This document shows positions 61,269 to 64,000 of a DNA stretch of 64,000 nt, one piece after another. The notes beneath the pieces are model-generated. The model had not been told where the DNA came from. It was given only the letters and a program-made list of their open reading frames with translations, and searched no databases. How positions within the stretch are numbered: the stretch's first letter is position 1; every line of letters begins with the position of its first letter. Where the stretch lies: positions 55,130,558-55,194,557 of the forward strand of contig JARDVH010000031.1 of assembly GCA_030324005.1 (NCBI GenBank), in the 5' to 3' direction. The DNA comes from Negaprion brevirostris (lineage: Eukaryota). A program made the translations under genes and the position numbers.

Positions 61269-62067
61269 ATAGTATTTATTGAACTTGCAGATGACATCTC
61301 TTGGCAGAAAGTCAGTATTTTACCATTCTTTTAAATTACATTGAAGAGTTCTTTAGCTCAGAATAGGATTGGATTTCAGTGTAAACCCAACGTAGCTGTA
61401 CCCAAATTGAACAAGACTTTGTTTTCGGTTGTAATCAGGAGAAATCTTTTCAGAAGTGATATTACCTATTACTGATTTGATTACTGACCCTGGTAACTTG
61501 AAATGTTAGTAATATTCAGTTCTAAATTCCTATCTATCCTGCAGCACAGGTAGAGTACTATAGTACTGCTTTAAGGAAGGAATTGAATGGGCCATACTGT
61601 ATTGCTAACTTAAAATTACATTTCACCATGAGTTGCTGCCACTACTAATAGGAACAACAGGAGTTTACTGCTGCACTTATTCCACCATTGTCAATGCACT
61701 CTCATCCCAAATTCACTTAGTAATAGCACAACAGTTGAGTCGTTTTACCACAAATAAGCATTTTTGGTGAATGCCTCTACTTATCAAAGTGAACAGTTTT
61801 AACATTAAGGAATTAATTAAAATCTATGAAACTAAAAATTGTTATGATCTATAAAGGGCAGAAAACCCACCATGTCATCACTTCATCACCCAAGCAGTAA
61901 GGGTGAGAATTGCTCCTTCCCCTCTCAGTAAGCAACATTCCCAAGCTACAGCGCAGCCTCTTCAGAGTAAGACATAATTTGCTACATGAGTGCCTTAGGA
62001 CATTTAGCAATGATAAAGATGCTAAGTAACACAAGTTGTTCTTGTTGCATCATCCAATGGGCAGTTT

Positions 62068-62286
62068 TCATAGAATCCCTACAGTGCAGGTCTTTCAACC
62101 CAAGTCTGCAGTGACTTCCCGATAGGGCATCCCACCCAGATCCTATCCCCATAGTCCCACATACTTACCCTGCTAATCCCCATAACCTACGCATCTTGGG
62201 ACATCAGGGACAAGTGAGCATGGCCAATCCACCTAACCTGCACATCTCTGGACTATGGAAGGAAACCGGAGCACCTGGAGGAAAGC
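62068..62286 (-). mobile_element. HE1-type V-SINE 3' part
   Basis: catagaatccctacagtgcag...catggccaatccacctaacctgcacatc. Confidence 0.85.
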
Positions 62287-62797
62287 CAAACCATGAAGGA
62301 CACCCCCAGTAGGATGGGAAAACCAAGCTTAAGGCTCCAGAGGATGCTGCCAAAGTCATCACAGGCAATGGGGCATTGCAGTCAGCACATTGCCTCCACC
62401 TCAGTTGCTGATGTCGAAGTCACACCAAGACGTAATGACAGGAAAAGAAAACTTAAGGATTTCTGACAGCAAAAATGTGGCCCACGAGTTTTTATATTCA
62501 TATTGTGCAATATGTTGCTTTCACTTTATTCAAGTGTTCACTTTTTTTTTTGATTTGCTTAAATAGAGCCCTAATTATACTGTCATACCTTATGGTTGGC
62601 ACACATTAACAACTGCACAGAAATATTAGACTCCTCCTTTGCTGTGTAGAAGACAATGATGTTGTGAGCTGGCACTCGTTCTTCATTTAATGTTCATGGG
62701 TGCGTCCATTTTGTTAAAAGTGTTTTGGACTGAAGTTACAAAGACAAAACATGACTGTGCAAACACAAGTTGCATAAGTTATTAATTGCTGTTGTAT

Positions 62798-63022
62798 TAA
62801 AAAACAGAAAGTGTGGGAAAAACTCAGCAGGTCAGGCAGCACCTATGGAAGCGAGAGACAGAGTTAATGTTTTGAGTCTGATATGATTCTTCTTGGGGAC
62901 ACCTCTTTAGTTCCAAAGAAGAGCCACATTGGACTTGAAACATTAACTTTTTTCTCTCTTTGTAATTCCAGCACTTTCTGTTTTTATTTCAGATCTCCAG
63001 CATCCGCAATATTTTGTTTTAA
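62798..63022. mobile_element. Head-to-head Penelope-like terminal fragments
   Basis: gagttaatgttttgagtc...cttc and gaagagccacattggacttgaaacattaact are inverted degenerate hammerhead-region copies. Confidence 0.55.
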
Positions 63023-63112
63023 ATTACTGTTGCAGTCTAACATGTTCATACAGCATTACTGTGGACATTATTTTAATGCAGATTTAATCCTATTTCTTTC
63101 AATAGCTAATTA

Positions 63113-63204
63113 CATAAGAACATAAGGACATAAGAAATAGGAGCAGGAGTAGGCCATCTAGCCCTTCGAGCCTGCCCCACCATTCAATAAGATCATGGCT
63201 GATC
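63113..63204 (-). mobile_element. Young CR1 LINE 3' end
   Basis: cataagaacataaggacataagaaataggagcaggagtaggcc. Confidence 0.8.
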
Positions 63205-63695
63205 NNNNNNNNNNNNNNNNNNNNNNNNNNNNNNNNNNNNNNNNNNNNNNNNNNNNNNNNNNNNNNNNNNNNNNNNNNNNNNNNNNNNNNNNNNNNNNNN
63301 NNNNACTTATTTAAACAGGTTTTTAACAGGTAATTTCTTATCTGTCTCTCTGCTCCTTCACTCATCTGCTCCAGCAAACAAATTGCTGCATAAATGAAAA
63401 GCAAACATGGAAATATCAGACAAATGTCTTATATATTCATCCACTAATATTGCATCGCAGTAATCTTTTGAGTTCATAACATTGGAATTAGAAACAGGGC
63501 TACAAATTTTCAACATAAATCTCTACCTATTGTAAAAAGAGAAAGGACCTTCCAATAACTAAAATAAATTAACTTTCATGTCAAAAACTGCATATAAATA
63601 TGATTTTAAATTAGTACTCAATTCTACTGCAAAAACATTAAAATTTAAAGCCTCTAGTGGTGTTGAGATTAAATCAGTCAGAATACATAGACAAA

Positions 63696-64000
63696 GAAAC
63701 AGAAAATCGGAGCAGGAGTAGACCATTCAGCACTTTGAGTCTGCTCTGTCATTCATTATGATCATGGCTGATCATTCAATTCAGTAATATGTTCCTGCTT
63801 TCCCCCCATATCTTTTGATCCTAGTAGCCCCGAAAGCTATATCTAACTCCTTCTTGAAAATATGCAATATTTTGGCTTCAAATGCTTTCCGTAGTGGAGA
63901 ATTCCACATGCTCACCACTCTGTGGGTGAAGAACTTTCTCATCATCTCATTCCTAAAGGGGTTAGACTGTGACCCCTGATTCAGGACACCCCACCATCTG
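63696..64000 (-). mobile_element. CR1 LINE 3' fragment
   Basis: Minus strand KFFTHRVVSMWNSPLR...IFSRRS; ggagcaggagtagaccattcag tail. Confidence 0.75.

Overview
This is eukaryotic, repeat-rich genomic DNA from a draft assembly with many N gaps, most of them 100 nt. It is almost certainly from a shark or other elasmobranch, judging by about 20 HE1-type V-SINEs, HER1-like CR1 LINEs and Deu-domain SINEs. The only host coding sequence I can support is one 43-bp internal exon at the window centre (31974-32016, +; (R)LSEGKEFLFQAKDE), which matches the PH domain of a beta-spectrin and is closest to SPTBN2. No neighbouring exon was recognised, so the window appears to be intronic. The remainder is decayed transposable elements: CR1 and Rex1/Babar LINEs, Penelope-like elements (one with an intact minimal hammerhead ribozyme), a rearranged Ty3/Gypsy element, PIF/Harbinger remnants and MITEs. 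A few repeat-free blocks are candidate conserved non-coding elements. Nearly all ORFs in the supplied track are spurious or TE fragments. All calls were made by eye without database searches, and TE boundaries are approximate. I see no convincing wholly new biological system; the best leads are structural oddities in the TEs and the isolated exon.
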